This document shows positions 13,314-26,949 of a stretch of DNA of 64,000 nucleotides, piece by piece; position 1 is the stretch's first letter, and every line of letters begins with the position of its first letter. The notes under the pieces were generated by a model. The model did no database searches, had not been told where the DNA came from, and worked only from the letters and a program-made list of their open reading frames with translations. The stretch comes from Spizellomyces punctatus DAOM BR117 (lineage: Eukaryota). The stretch lies in the NCBI GenBank assembly GCA_000182565.2, contig KQ257461.1, one strand, 5' to 3'. The translations under genes were made by a program, and so were the position numbers.

Positions 13314-13700
13314 CGTGGTGTGGGGGGAAACAGGAGGTGACCCACGATCTGAGTTGAGTCATTGGCGTAACGCGCGCCTTGTCATTTAATAGACTTGTGA
13401 AAAGCTGGAAATTGCAATAAGATGACCAACAAATGGCAGCAAGAGTAAAACACCATGGTCATGGAGAGATAAGTGGGTTTCCCCTATTAGAACATGAGGA
13501 TGGACAAGAAAGAATCATCGGCCAGCACAACTTTCTAAAGCCGGCATCCTAACCGAATGTCATCTATAACTCGTTCATACGGCCCATCCTGCCATGTTCA
13601 TCTACTAGGAATTACCATTCAAAGTTTATTAGGTTCACTGCATGCCGGAGGTGCTGATCAATATCGGCATGCAGTCGTGGAGCGCGGTCGATATTTTCCA

Positions 13701-14368
13701 TTATTTTGATGATTTGGCATCTGAATGGCCCAGCGACATGTCTGGGGCTGCAGGAAGAGAGATATTAGCCCAGAACATTCTAATCTCCTGCAGTGCGGGT
13801 AAAACAAGAGCATACCAATCAGATCCCTCACTTTCTGCTTTAGATCCTTTATTTCTGGAAATCCTCCATTCGTCTGTAGGATCAGAGAGCAGTCAGATCA
13901 CAGTGCATCGACATTTTACAAAGTGCCAGCGCGCCATACCTTGCGGTCCCAGACCAAGTGCACTTGATCATTAACCACAATGCGGATTTGATATATAGCG
14001 TTATTGCCAGGTATAAGAGCCACTTCGCCCACGGCCTCTGTAAAGGTTGTTAAACTGCGAGATGAATGTCGTGAGGGCTAGGTTGAAACGGCCGCTGTAA
14101 CGAGGAGCCAACGGACAGTTCTTGGGCCATCCACGCAGCTAAGGAAAGACTGTTAGCAAGAGATGAAATTATTGTTCGAAAGGGTATTCTCACCTCTCAA
14201 CATCCACCGGCATCCAGGGCAGTACTCGATTTCTGGCAAAAGAGACTTAGTTTCGGTACAAACAGGTCTCACCGAGTTGTTAGCGCGTCCAGTACCTATA
14301 CGTGGTGTTCGAATGATTTGTGACGGGCTAGAGTCGCCGGGAGCGAGAGTAGAGACTGCTTCTGCCAT
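13701..14368 (-). CDS. Rdx family (SelW/SelT/SelH-like) thioredoxin-like protein, Cys homolog, 5 exons
   Basis: Manual splicing gives ...EIEYCPGCRWMLR-AAWMAQEL-LTTFTEAVGEVALIPG...VWDRK-TNGGFPEIKDLKQKVRDLI-APDMSLGHSD, with all introns GT-AG and frame-consistent. Confidence 0.88.
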
Positions 14369-14744
14369 AATGTTGATGTGAGCGACAAATGCAAGAGCTT
14401 TCAAACGAGGCTTCAACCCATGTGCATGTTGGATGAGTCAATTCCCATGGCTGTGCCACATATGCCTATCTCAACTTTGCTGATATCACAACGCAGGCTG
14501 CATTATCCACGCTATCCCGGCATCACGAATAAAATAAGTTGGTAAACCCAGTTGCTTAATCTGCGACTGATGGCAAAACGCTTTCGATTCCTCTTTCAAA
14601 ACCCAGGCAGAAGCAAACCGCGATGATGTCCATGTTCAGATACGAGTTGATCCGACATTTCTTATTGCCAATACACTATGCTCACAATAAATAGCATTGC
14701 TGACAACTACCGACTACCTAATTTTAATTGTCCTGCAAAGTTGT

Positions 14745-16086
14745 TTACACCATGTCTTGATCTGCACCTCTCCCGACTTGTTCACGTACAGTCTCTCTGG
14801 ACGCATCTTTATCATTTCCACCTTGTGGTTCAATAAATGCATTCACGTACGCATCGTCTTCATCTTGCTCGTACTCGGCACTAGGTAGACTCTCCACATC
14901 CTGCATGCTGGTCACCATATTAGTGGCTTTGACCATATTCGGTCGTCCGTCGGCCCCCGCGCCTGTTTTCGAGACGGTTTTTGTACTCTTGATTGTTTTG
15001 GCTGCTCCGCTGGTATTTCCGCGCGATTTGGTCCGGCTGCGAACTCTACGATGTTCTCTGATCACTGCCCAGGCAATTATCGCCGAGCGGGCAGAATCGA
15101 TGGCATGAGTGACGGCCGTAACGCTGTTGAAGTTCCCATACGCAAAGATAATTTTGAGAGTAACAAAGATCTTTTAAAACGGTTGTCAGCTGTGTCAGAT
15201 CGTGATTGGGCATCACAAATACAACTTACGATAGAGAAGAACACTCGTACATGTTCATTTTGAGCCAACTGCCGGAACACCTCTTGGGTACCTTCGAATA
15301 CTCCGTGTTGACGACTGGCGATGCCTTGGAGTAGCATCCCTGTTGTGAAAACCTCTAGAAATAGCTGCATGATGCAAAACAAAAATTAGATAAACATTCC
15401 AAGGTGTCCGACCAAAAGTCAACTTGGAAACCTACTTCTATGTCATATTGATGTTTAAACACAACCGGATACTTGTCCGCACAAAGTCCAAGTGCCGTTA
15501 CGCTGGATTTTCTCATAATGATTCCCGCCAGAACAACCGCAAAATGTGCCGCTGACCCGAGAATCACCACCACCTGACATGTCCTTTTCCACTGCGTAAA
15601 TAGCAAGAGCTTTATCAACATAATTCCATAAATCAAGTCCCACGCCAAGACCATTGGAATGTTGACCAATGGCGATCGGGCACTGCAGCTCAACGGTCCC
15701 GAAACCATCACGGCATACAGTGTCGCGCTGATCGTTTTGATAAAGATCAACGAGGCTTGTAGGGCATTGAGGAGGTAGATGGGCTTACGACGCCTGTAAT
15801 ATGTATAATAGCTGGAATATAAGACGACAATGCCCAACGCAGTTAATGCTCCGAACAGGGCAGAATTGGTGTTCGAAAGCTGGATATCGTAAAAAGTTTG
15901 AAGGGCCAGCGCATTGGGGTTGAAGGGAGCTCCAGGCGATACTGGAGATGGTGGGAGGTTGTCGGTGTCGGGAACGCTGGTTACAGGAGCAGTTGCATCA
16001 AGAGACGAGTCGTGAGATTGGGAGTAGTTGCTTGTCCCGAAAGTGATGTTCACTGTGATATTTGATAAGATGGTGTTGTTGTCCAT
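14745..16086 (-). CDS. Uncharacterised multi-pass membrane protein (about 3 exons)
   Basis: Several hydrophobic helices in the 243-aa ORF, continued in downstream frames through GT-AG introns. N-terminus is rich in N-glycosylation sequons; the C-tail is charged. Confidence 0.65.
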
Positions 16087-16566
16087 GCTGTGAATCTACA
16101 GTGAGACCAAAATCAAAATACATAGAAAGGCAAAGGGATGTCTGGCCGCTCGCTACCAAGGCCCTGATAATATCCCGAGATCGAAAGGTTTCCAGGAACA
16201 ATGGCGGCGGTAGGCTTACGTTAAGCGCGATCCTCATTTGGCGGGAGAGGTTTTTAATTAAGACCATCTAGACGGGAGCCCGTCTGAGTACAGGCGCATT
16301 GTTGGACAGCATGAAATCCATGGCACGGAACGAGTGCCCATAGCAAGGGGCCCTTATAAGACAAGCGCTCTTGTAATTTCGGGGATGAGTACGAGATTCA
16401 AGAAATGCTGCTTACATTTTAAGTGGTGAAGTAAGCGCAAGATCATAAAAAAGGTGACACTGTCACCGTGAAATTCTGGTTTGCCAACTCGTGTATACAA
16501 ATCTGTCCAGTCTACAAAACCCTCGAAGGAGAATCCGACGTGTCATCTAGCTGATTAAATCAAATT

Positions 16567-17793
16567 TTATACTGGGACCCCCGACGCACCAAACGCCTTG
16601 CCCACGGCATATGTTCCACCCATCGCAATCCAACCCCCAATCAAAACACGCAAAGCGCCCTTCCAAACTGGTGCTCCGCCGAGCCAGGCACCCAAAATAC
16701 CGTTAAGAATCAGACCCAAAGTACTGGCAATCACCACTGCGAGGATACGCGTCTCGTATGAACTGATAAACACCGCAGCTGAACACAGACAGAGAGTTAG
16801 ATGCGTCGCCCATAGCGCTCGAATATGCAATGACTTACCTAGCAGAGGTAAGGCCGCGCCCACCGCAAATGTCAGCGCTGATGTGATGGCGGCTTGAGCA
16901 GGATTGGATAATTCATCAACGTCAACGTTGAGTTCCTCCCGCAAATGAACCTTTACAATCTCGTCAATGTCCCCATTAGCTTGAGCGTGCAGCTCTTCAG
17001 CTACACGAAGCGCTAATTCTGGTGATATGCCTCGCGCCTCGTATATTCCTGCAGAAAATCAACAGGGCAAGAGTTGTCAGACAAATGATGACATGATTGC
17101 ATGAATCCTCATCCCACTTCAAATGCTAGCAAGACCTACCTGCCAGCTCGCGAAGTTCCCGCTCTACATGGAGAGGACCCTTCAAGAATTCGGCTTTCTC
17201 TCTGATCATATCTGGCAACAAAGGTTCAGTAGGCACAAATCACTGGAAATATGCAGAAAAACGTACCAGCACTCTCGGTGTCCTTCTGCGTAGCTACAGA
17301 GACATACTCGCCTGAATTGCACAGGGGTTAGAAGCAAATTCCAAAGAGGATTCGGACCACACCTTGGACTCACCGCATGCCATTGACAATGCACCCGCAA
17401 CCAAGGCGGCCAATCCACTGAGAATCATCAAATGGTAATCCTCACTACTACCTCCAATACCTAACAAAATAGCCAGAACTCTTTATTTCAATGTTGATCG
17501 ACTCGGTATACGAATTGAAACCTACCGACGATCAGCGAAGCCGTGGAGACGAGGCCATCATTAGCACCCAGCACAGCGGCACGCAACCAAGGGGTCCGGT
17601 CCGAGTAGTGCTTGTGGCCAATTTCCGGAAGGTGGTGGTGTGGGTGGTGGTGGCTGGATAATAGGGGAGTGGTTGGGTCGACATCGACAGAGATGGAACC
17701 GGACGTGGAACTGTTACCGCCTGCCACTGAGCCGTAATTTGGAGGTGGCTCGCAGAGAACAGACTGGGGTTCTTGATTCTTGTTAGCAGCCAT
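16567..17793 (-). CDS. VIT1/CCC1 vacuolar iron/manganese transporter, multi-exon
   Basis: Motifs WLRAAVLGANDGLVS, EYVSV and NPAQAAITSALTFAVGAALPL. His-rich N-terminal segment. Confidence 0.92.
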
Positions 17794-18196
17794 TCTAAAT
17801 CTTTTTAGTAACTAGTTGCAGAATAGGGTCTCGGGTGAATGGAATGAATTTCCGCCCTGGAGGTCTGATTGCAAATAACGCTGCGCTCGGTGGATTAATT
17901 GAAATTAAGATGACTGTGCCATTGATTACAAGCCTCAGATTGGAGAGTTTAGATTTTTGGACAAACTCTTTAAACGCTCGTAATGATTGCCTTTTCGTGG
18001 CCAGTTCCATACAGCATTGGTTTCCAGTTCATGCCATATGTAAAGTGCATGGACAAATAACCTCCATGTTAGAGTATGCCCCTTTCCATCCATTTCACTG
18101 AGAGCTATAACTTGCTTGATATGTGAGCGATACATATCGCCCTTACAGAGCAATCATGAACAAATATATTCAAACTATCCTGCTCACAGGTAAGTC

Positions 18197-18280
18197 GCCT
18201 CAGTAGCACAATCAGGTAGTGCACTCGCCTCCTAAGCTTAGGTTAGTGAGAGGTTGCGGGTTCGAGTCCCGTCTGAGGTG
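18197..18280 (+). tRNA. tRNA-Arg(CCT) with about 10-nt intron (18235-18244)
   Basis: Acceptor stem GCCTCAG/CTGAGGT, D arm GCAC..GTGC, anticodon stem CTCGC/GTGAG around CT-CCT-A, T arm GCGGG-TTCGAGT-CCCGT, downstream T-run. Confidence 0.85.
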
Positions 18281-19402
18281 TTTTGAAAGCGTCGTGGTTT
18301 TTTTTCACATTGTTTTCTGTTTTGATGCCTTGCAGAATGCTGCAATTCTCTTTGCCCTCAAGGCTTCCCTACCCGTTCTCAGCCAATACGAATGAATATT
18401 GGCATACATTGTTTTGATGAAATGCTTCGACCAGTATCCATTCGGCAAAACAAGATGCAAACAAGCATCCAATTGTTCGGATGCAAAAATGTACCGATTT
18501 CAGGGTCCTTGTCATCTCTTGGCCGAGTACCATGGATGTGGGATGTTTAATAACCAAACGTTCCAAAGCAAGATATAGCAACAAATGTCTCCAAATGGAA
18601 ATTCTGCCTCGTAAGGAGTGATGGAAGGCGTTTCAGTTGTATTGAAAACTGGTTAGCATGTGGGCTTAGCTACTCCAGGCCCAGATTTCACCATCCATCG
18701 TCGTCGTTCCTTTTTATTTTTGGCATGGGCTTTTGGGAAATCTAGTGTTTTTAATCCATTGCATCTTTTGCTCACCTTATGAACCATGAAGGTGAAGGGT
18801 AAGAGTGACAATGTTGTGTCAGGAGCTCTCCCTCCACTTGCAGAATGCTCACAAACGCTGGTGATTTCTAGGCCAAGTTGCATAGACGAAAGGCGGTGCA
18901 TTGCGGTGATCAAATGCACGGAAACACTCACAAACAGGTAAGCGCACGGACACTTGGACCTCCATGATCAACGCAGTCGAAAGGCGCTACAGACACAGGT
19001 GGCGGCCATACAGTCTGTTCTGCCGTGACACGTGGACTGGCAGAGAGTGAAATTCACTGTCGGTGCTGGCAGTTCAGATCCGTTTTTTGGTCGGTCCAGA
19101 ATTGGATATGCGGTTCAGGCACATTTGTTATGGCTCAGATCTGTTCTCAACTTTTTTGCTTGCTTTACATCAAATAGCGCAACTGCCCCACCATTTTAAT
19201 TTAATCGTTACGACTGCGAAATTCATAAGCGATCGAATAGGACTGTACCTGCACAATATCACAAAAGCAAATTTCCAACGATCGCACAAACCTGCACACC
19301 ACGAGCCCAGCAAGGATCTGATATCCAGCTCCCTGTAGATAACCGTTCAAACCTCAAACTTGTAGACTTTGCATACAACCATCCTTTGTGCCAGAATTTT
19401 CG

Positions 19403-22400
19403 ATGCCAGCAACAGAATTTGACTCTCTCATCTCCTCCGACTCTGATTCAGACGACCAACGAAAGCGCGTACTTGCGCGGGCGTTGAGAAAGAAGGAAGC
19501 CGAGAATGGTCGGTCGGACTCTGAATTGTTCGACTCTGATCCATCATCTCTTTCCGAATCAATGCTTTCTGATCTATCCTCGTCCAGTAGTGAAGATGAT
19601 GAACCGCACACGATAATATCTGGAAAAAAACGACGAAGAGACTCTATCGTATCTACGACATCCGTCGGGTCAGTCTCTAAAAAGCCCCGCGGAAATCGAA
19701 GTGTAACAAATAAGAAGCCACCAGCAAAAGGTACTGTCAAAATAAAAGGAGCAGCAGGAAAGGGAAAGGGACGAGGGACGGGTACCATATCTTCAAAAGG
19801 AACTGGTACGCCAGCATCCAACTCAAAGTCGCGGGCGTCAGGAAAGAAAAACGGCTCGCTCAAGAAGCAGCTATATTGTATATGTCGGTCCGAATACGAT
19901 GGGGAAGAGTTTATGATTGCTTGTGATGGATGCCAAGGTTGGTGCAAAAAAGTTCATAAACAATTTATCAATCGCGCACTCACGTTATTGGAATTCCAGA
20001 ATGGTTCCATGGAAAGTGTGTCGGTGTCAAACCGTCGAAAGCTAGTGAAAAGGAGTATTATTGCGACGAATGTTGCCCAAAACCGCCGCCAATAGACTCA
20101 CTTGGAGGCCGTCAAGGTAGGCACAATTTGTAAGGTGCGACTGAAAGGTCCAATACTGACTAATAACCCAGGTCAAAAAGGATCTCGGACGTCCGTAGAA
20201 CCCATAATACAGGCTGATGACGACCTGGGCGATGATGACATTTGCGTCTTGTGCGATGGCGATTGTACATGCAATGTCCCTAAAGCGGAGGACGTCGTTG
20301 AACCAGTTCCCTCACCTATTGCAGTGTATCCACCCGAAATATCTCCCATAACAAAAAGAAAGGCTGGGAAAGGTGCAACGGTGTCTAAAGTGGCCGGAAA
20401 AGGAAAAAGCAGCGTGGCTTTGAAAAACATTCTTAGAGAAGCTCCTCCGGAGATCGTACCTAAACCAAAAAAGAAATCAAAGAGGGATGCGTCTCGTACA
20501 GCGAATACAAAGAAATCAAAGACGATTGCTTCCAAAGCAACGGATAATTGGATCGTGCAGGACGCTAGTCAGACAGTTTCGATTCAAAGTGATGATGAAG
20601 CAGAGGTCCAGACGCGTGCCGACGAGGAACTAGAGGATACCATTCAGAATAGCGATGACGACATCTTTGCGTCTGACGTAGATGATGCATCTGACATTTA
20701 TGCCATTGTGGATGGGCAAAATGGGAACGAACATGATGACGACGAGGGAGAGGACCACAGCGATGAGAACGATGCTGATGCTGATGAGGACGATAATGAG
20801 GATGAAGACGTATTGTCCACTTACCAAAACTACGATGCAGAGCAGCGGATTTTAGGATGGAGCGAGTCTGATGAGGAAGAGGACGATGATGACGATGATG
20901 ACTTTTTCAAGTCCCCGGCATTGGTGCCAGGCAGATCCATGACCACCGCCGAGTCGACGTCTATTCTCGGTGATATCGATATTGACGACTTGCTCGATCT
21001 GGGGATGCCAACAGAGGGTCTCGAAGAGATTGATTTTACTAATGGGGACGATCCAATACCAGATCTGGATTTTTTCAACGCCGATTCTCTTGATATAGAC
21101 TCCCACTCACCCGACTCTCAATCCAATGGGGTTTGCGACACGCAGACGACAAGCGCGCCAGTAGGCGCAGTTTCAGCCGCAACGTCACCAGGCGACAGTC
21201 CTGCCCAACCCGTAACAGTGGGCCCAACGTCAATATCCTTTGACATTAAGAAAACTGATGTGGGGCCAAACGGGGAAATCACCACGACGACAAAAACAAT
21301 GACGTTCCAGTTGAACGGGACTCAGTCTGCATTGTTGGCTGCCGGAAAGACAATTGGAACAAAGCGCCGAGATGGGGGTGCCAAGCGTGGCGCAAAGACT
21401 ACCCCAAGGCTTGGACGTGCGGTTACGAGCGGTCCGCTTGGAAGTCCTGGGGTTGGTACACATATCAATGGTTTGACCGGAGGGGCTGCAAGCGCATCAG
21501 CACCTTCAACAATATCTCCGTTTCCTTCCTTCTTGTCATCTTCCGGGACCCCAGGAGGATATGCGTCAATGTCTCCTCTTTTATCGACTCGCTCGTCCCT
21601 CCCAACCTTCCCCCTCTCCAGTACCACATCTGCTGTTACCGCAGCCACTTTGCTCAAGACGCCATTGGATCCTTCCATTCTTGCTGCCGCAGCAGCTGCC
21701 ATGGTCGGTTCTGGGGGATTATTGGGAACTCCCTCTACACCTGCAACAGGCACCGGCTTGGCGGGAAGACCTGATTTGCAGAAACTGATTGATAGCATTA
21801 CCCTCAATGCCAAAGTGAAAGCGGCGCTTGCTGCTACCGTTGGTGGGGCCATCGCCTCTGGGAACACGAATATCCCAACCGCGACACATCCGAAGCCGCA
21901 GGACGGAGGGCTTAAAGCAAAGGATGCCGCACCGAGTGTGCCTGGAACTAGACCAAATTTTCCTCAACCTCCACCGAATCCGTTTCTCGGGTTTGACTTT
22001 CCAAAGACAATGGAAGAGTTTAATCGGTTATTTAGTCCTCAAAATGTTGCTGCAGCTGCCGCCGCGGCCGCAGCTGCCGCTGCAGCGTATGCTTCTACAA
22101 CTGGTTCTGCAACGGGTTTTACTGGTAATGCTTCGACGACTACTGCTTTTGCTGGTGTACCGCCTCCTAGTGTGTTGACACAGGCTGTCATGGGTGCAGG
22201 GGTAGGTGCCGTTGGCGGTGGCATTAGCTCGTTGGGTGCATCTACCATACCGGCGCCAGTTGTTTCGGCTCCCATACCACCTCCCGCACCGTTGTCAGGA
22301 CCGACATCTTCCCCATCCACCAATCCGCCTATCAAAGAAGAACCAGCTCCGCCGGCAGATATGACCATGGAGGATCTCTTTGACACCGCCGCTCTCGATT

Positions 22401-22870
22401 CGTCTCTTCTCGATGCCACCTCCGTTCCTAGTACCTCCGCACAAGATGATCGATGGAGAAAGATTCCAATCGGGGCTTTCCGACGATCGAGACGGATGAG
22501 TGGAGATGGAGGTGGATGGCGGGGATTAAAAGCGGCCATTAAAGGCGGCCGGAGGGTGTTTAACGAAACGCTTTTGGTAGAGGGTGGCATGTGGAGCCAC
22601 CAAACTCCGCAACACATACCCCTCGACAGTGACACTGTCAATGAGAGTTTATCTGTGAATGCACCCAACGCGACCCAGCATCGTATGGAAAACTCTTATG
22701 AAGACGATTTTGTTCGGGAACTGGGTGGAGAGTGGGGTGCTTTAGATAAAGCCTGTGAGGAACATGCTCTTAATTCACCTGGTGAATCGGTATTTGGAGA
22801 TGTGCACGGCCGGCGAAAGGGGAAGGGCAAGAAGAAGGGGAAAAAGGTCAAGATAGGTAGACGGATTTAA
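19403..22870 (+). CDS. PHD-finger protein with long acidic and Ala/Pro/Gly low-complexity regions
   Basis: Spliced PHD [37 protein letters not shown], then a long final exon (most of the 922-codon ORF) with basic NLS-like stretches. Confidence 0.8.
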
Positions 22871-23251
22871 TAGTGTACATATCCTTTTGTAATTTTGGCA
22901 TCTTTATTGAAAACTATATAGTAGGTAGATTTCTAGGGCGTGAGATTGTGATTGAGAGTTGATGTTGTAGATTGGGTCACTCAAACAGACATGCATTATC
23001 AAAAGGAATATAAATTCCAATTCACAACCATTATTCGCATCCAAATTTTATATTTTACAGAATGCTAGTTTTAAAACAATCATAGAATCGAATCATATAA
23101 TAATAACTTGGTTTTTGTCTCCCTCTCCAATGAAGAATTACTTACAATGTGTAAAAGTATACAACTATAAACAGTGTGCGTAGCCGTTAGCTTTCTTCCT
23201 CCCCTTTTTGTCATATACCTTGGAGGTGGATAGTTCGAAACTAGGCTTCTT

Positions 23252-24279
23252 TTATCTCCACATTCCATGCCATCGATTCGGGACCTGACTACGCGGCGAA
23301 ACTGGGGCCGATGAGGATGAAGAGAGATGGTAGCGGGAAAGGTCTCTGCTGCCTTGGTGTTTAGGTACCGTCGCGGGCGGTGGAGGGAGACGAATTTGGT
23401 TAGGGATTGATGGTTGTACGGCGCTTAGGAATGACGGCAGTTGGGGGAATTTTGGGTTTGGTGTTTGATGTGGAGATGGGGATGGGGATGGAGGCGATAA
23501 ATGTCGTCGAGAAGGGAGATGTGGTAGGATTTGGAGAGATGATGATAAAGATGGTAATTGTGGTGGAGGTGGTGGTGGTGGGGGTCGTGGTCGTGGCGGG
23601 GCTACTGGATAATGATGTGTCGGTGGAGGTAGGGATAGGGACGGAAGATAAGACGGACCAACCCAAGGCATGTGCCCTGTATTGTGATATGAAGGATCTG
23701 GTCCGTAGGGATAATAGCTTTGATGATGACGGTGCAAATTGCCCATATCCTCGTATTTGATCTCGTTCTCGTCATCTTCGTTATTCGATCCACTTTCCAA
23801 TGTCTCGCCATCTGTCCCAACACTGTGCTCGCGGCTGCTTTCCCTCTTTTCGTATCGCTTTCGCATGGCTTCCAAGCTGCGATGTCGTCTCAACGTATCC
23901 GACCTTGTGAAGCCCAGGCCACACAAGTCACAAGTGTATGGCTTGGATCCTGTCTCCATATGGACACTTTGCATGTGCCGACGCTGATCAAATTTACGAC
24001 GGAACGTTCGATTACAGAGCTCGCATTTGAAAGGCCGGAGGTTGGAATGGACTAGCTCATGAGATTGCAGGTTGAATCGGCGGGTGAAGGCCTTGCCACA
24101 GTCTAACTCATTTTGGCGAATGTCAGATCAACACTCGTTTTACATTCTGATGCAGCCCGCTTGGATATTCTATTGAAAATCTCACCTGGTTCCGGGCACT
24201 TGAAGAGTTTTGGTGAAGTATGTCCCAATTTTTGACCATCGCCAGCCACCGCTTCTGGCGAAGACCGCATTGGCTTCAT
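23252..24279 (-). CDS. C2H2 zinc-finger transcription factor (3 fingers, Pro-rich tail)
   Basis: FKCPEP-DCGKAFTRRFNLQSHELVH, FKCELCNRTFRRKFDQRRHMQSVH and YTCDLCGLGFTRSDTLRRH, with one intron. Start is approximate. Confidence 0.88.
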
Positions 24280-26949
24280 TATCTATCCACTGTGGAGGCC
24301 TAAGAAAGAAATGGCACCAAGCAATGACAGAATAGACATTAACATGGACGGGCTATCAAAGCAACCGCAAAAACAGCAAGTAACAGCTGGGCTTACGCGG
24401 GAGCGGAGAGATCCTCCCCGTTACATGCGGCTTTTTATTCGGGAAATATAAGCGGTGGCGAAAAGAAGACTTGTGTATAACAAAGAATGACGACGCATTC
24501 GGCAAGTCCGTTTCCTCTTTGTTAGTCACAAGGGGGAATTGGAAGAAAAACTCTCCCAGCGGGAGGTGAGATGTTGGTAGTTTTTGGCAAAAAGGCTGAC
24601 GAGAAAAAGTCGATAAAATCTGCCTTATAAATTGTCTTTGGTTTTTGTTTGCCCAAAAAGCAGTTTCTTTTTTGGAGGGACGAGTTGTTTGGTTTGCTTT
24701 AAAAGATATTTATTACGCTTTCCAATGCGCAGAACTCTTCCACCAGCCAACCAAAAGAAAACCCCCATTTCCCTCCGCCCAACAAAGAGTTCCTGCCCGC
24801 ATAACAAAAAAGAAGAAGAAAACAAAAGCCCCATGAGTAGGGTGGCGGTTTTCACACTTTTTAGATTTTTGAACACCCAGCCCATTTTGTATCGCCTTGG
24901 AGTTTTGAGACGGTACACGACTCTTGAAATTTCAACTAGTTGCTGCTTCAGTCTTGCTGAACTCTTTATAGGTAGTGGCTTTCATCTCGACTTTTGTTTG
25001 AGCATGAATCAAGGGAGTTACATTAAAGCTTTTTTACGAATGCGGGATGGAAATCGCTAACATGGCAATAACCATGTGTGTGTGCTTAAAGAAATTATCA
25101 AGGTTTTAGGACGCGCTACGAAAGTAACACTAATTTCTTTCTTGTGTGTGTGTGCTTTCAGTTTGAAAAAGAACTTGCAATCACCCCCGCCAAAAGGTTT
25201 TGTAAAGTGTGTCCAACAACAAAAGAAAAAAACTTGCCAAACTACAAACCAATTGACTTTGTCGTTTCCAACAGTTTTTTTTTTATATTGGCCTTTCCAC
25301 AGTTGGAGCTTTTTGTCGAAATCCACGTTGCTTTAGCATTCAGTCAAACACTACTCAGCCAAAGAGTTTTTAAAGAAACAGTACATTCCATCGTCCTTAA
25401 GCACATTGACGTCTCATTTTTGTCTAGTAACTTGGCATTGAGGGTTTACGGGATGCACACAGTTTTGCAAGCTTCACTGGAATTCATCATGATTTGATGA
25501 GGTGTGCTGACCGAGGATCAAGAAAGGAAAAGGAACTGCTGCATTTGTTACGTTATTGGCCCGCCAAAATCGATAGCATTTTGTAAAAGCAGAAAGTGCG
25601 ATGTGTAGGAGATATCCCTCCATTTCCCGCATTTCCTCAAACGTGCAGCTCTTCTGTCATTAGCACGAATGTCCGCACGCGTTACGCAATGTAACCACCC
25701 TAAAGTCCAAAGATTTTTAGCGCGCAAGTTATACTTTTAACCATATGGGACAAACTCCAGAGTCAAGACAGGTTGAACGACTTTGATTAACCATAATATG
25801 GTGTTTTTGAGACGACGGTATTCTTTAATCCTCCCAGCTGATCTTGTGGGCATGCCACGGCTCGTCACCGCTCATCCGTCATTCTGGAACAAGTCATTTG
25901 ACATTTGCGCCGATTAGCAGTTATCCTTCCCCAATCGCCCGAAATTATCCTCCAGTGAATACCGAATGTTAACAGCAAATCTCGCCCGTTTTTGCACCAA
26001 AGAGCATATAATCGCATCGTTACATGACATCCGATTCTCATCTTGTTGGCAAGTGCCAAAACGAGCCGTGCCAGCACAATTACAGCGACATCCGTAAACA
26101 TGACATTGGATACAGGAGATGACTTTCAAGTTTCCTGCATCTCGTCTCATTGTACAGTCGTTCATAGTGATCGTAGGCCTTTGGAGGACAGCTTCGGCTT
26201 CCCTCCGCTCCGAATATGCAATGGTGAGGTCAGCAAAGTTCACTGAACTGCGTACTGCCGATCAAAATTAAATAAGCAAGCGCTGATAACTACAGTTTTC
26301 ATACGAACAATCTTTGGGACTGCTAACGGCACTTGTATAGCTAAGGGTAGCCGACGTTAAGGTTATGCGTAGAGGACGGCCTGACGGTCAAGCGCCATCT
26401 TATATCCAGCCGTGTGGAAGACCAGTGGCATGCTGTACATATAGTGGGACCTGGATCTCACAGAAACGTATTTAATGGTGCCGTGCTCTAATTCTGCGAA
26501 TGTCAAGCCACTTTGACCGGCTATTCTTTTTGTTAAGGATATACACTGGAGGACAGCTGTTTATCATATATCTGACGGGCACATGATACCAATTGCTAAT
26601 GTGCTGTACGACTCGCCCTTGCGACAACAAAGAATTTATGACCTGGCCACCGGCATCAGGACACAATCCAATGATGATAGTTTTGTAGTGACTATCATCC
26701 AGCGTTTGCTATCTCTCTTGTAGACCTTGTGTCAAACAGTAGTTTGGCAGATATGCGAACTCGACAAGGCTCGTGTGTGGCACAGCAGAACGGGCATCCG
26801 GGCATACCGAGCAAGACTTTAGGATGAGCAGAGATCATGGTGCAAATGGCCAACCATAGTGATGTCAAACCGGGTATGCACCTTTAACATTTTACTCATA
26901 TCCTTTGGGAACGGTGATTTGGGGTGATTACCTTGTTCAGTTCAACAAT

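Noticed and set aside
24300-26900. Short ORFs in the long AT-rich region upstream of the C2H2 gene
   Set aside because: No recognisable motifs or consistent exon chain; probably regulatory or UTR sequence.
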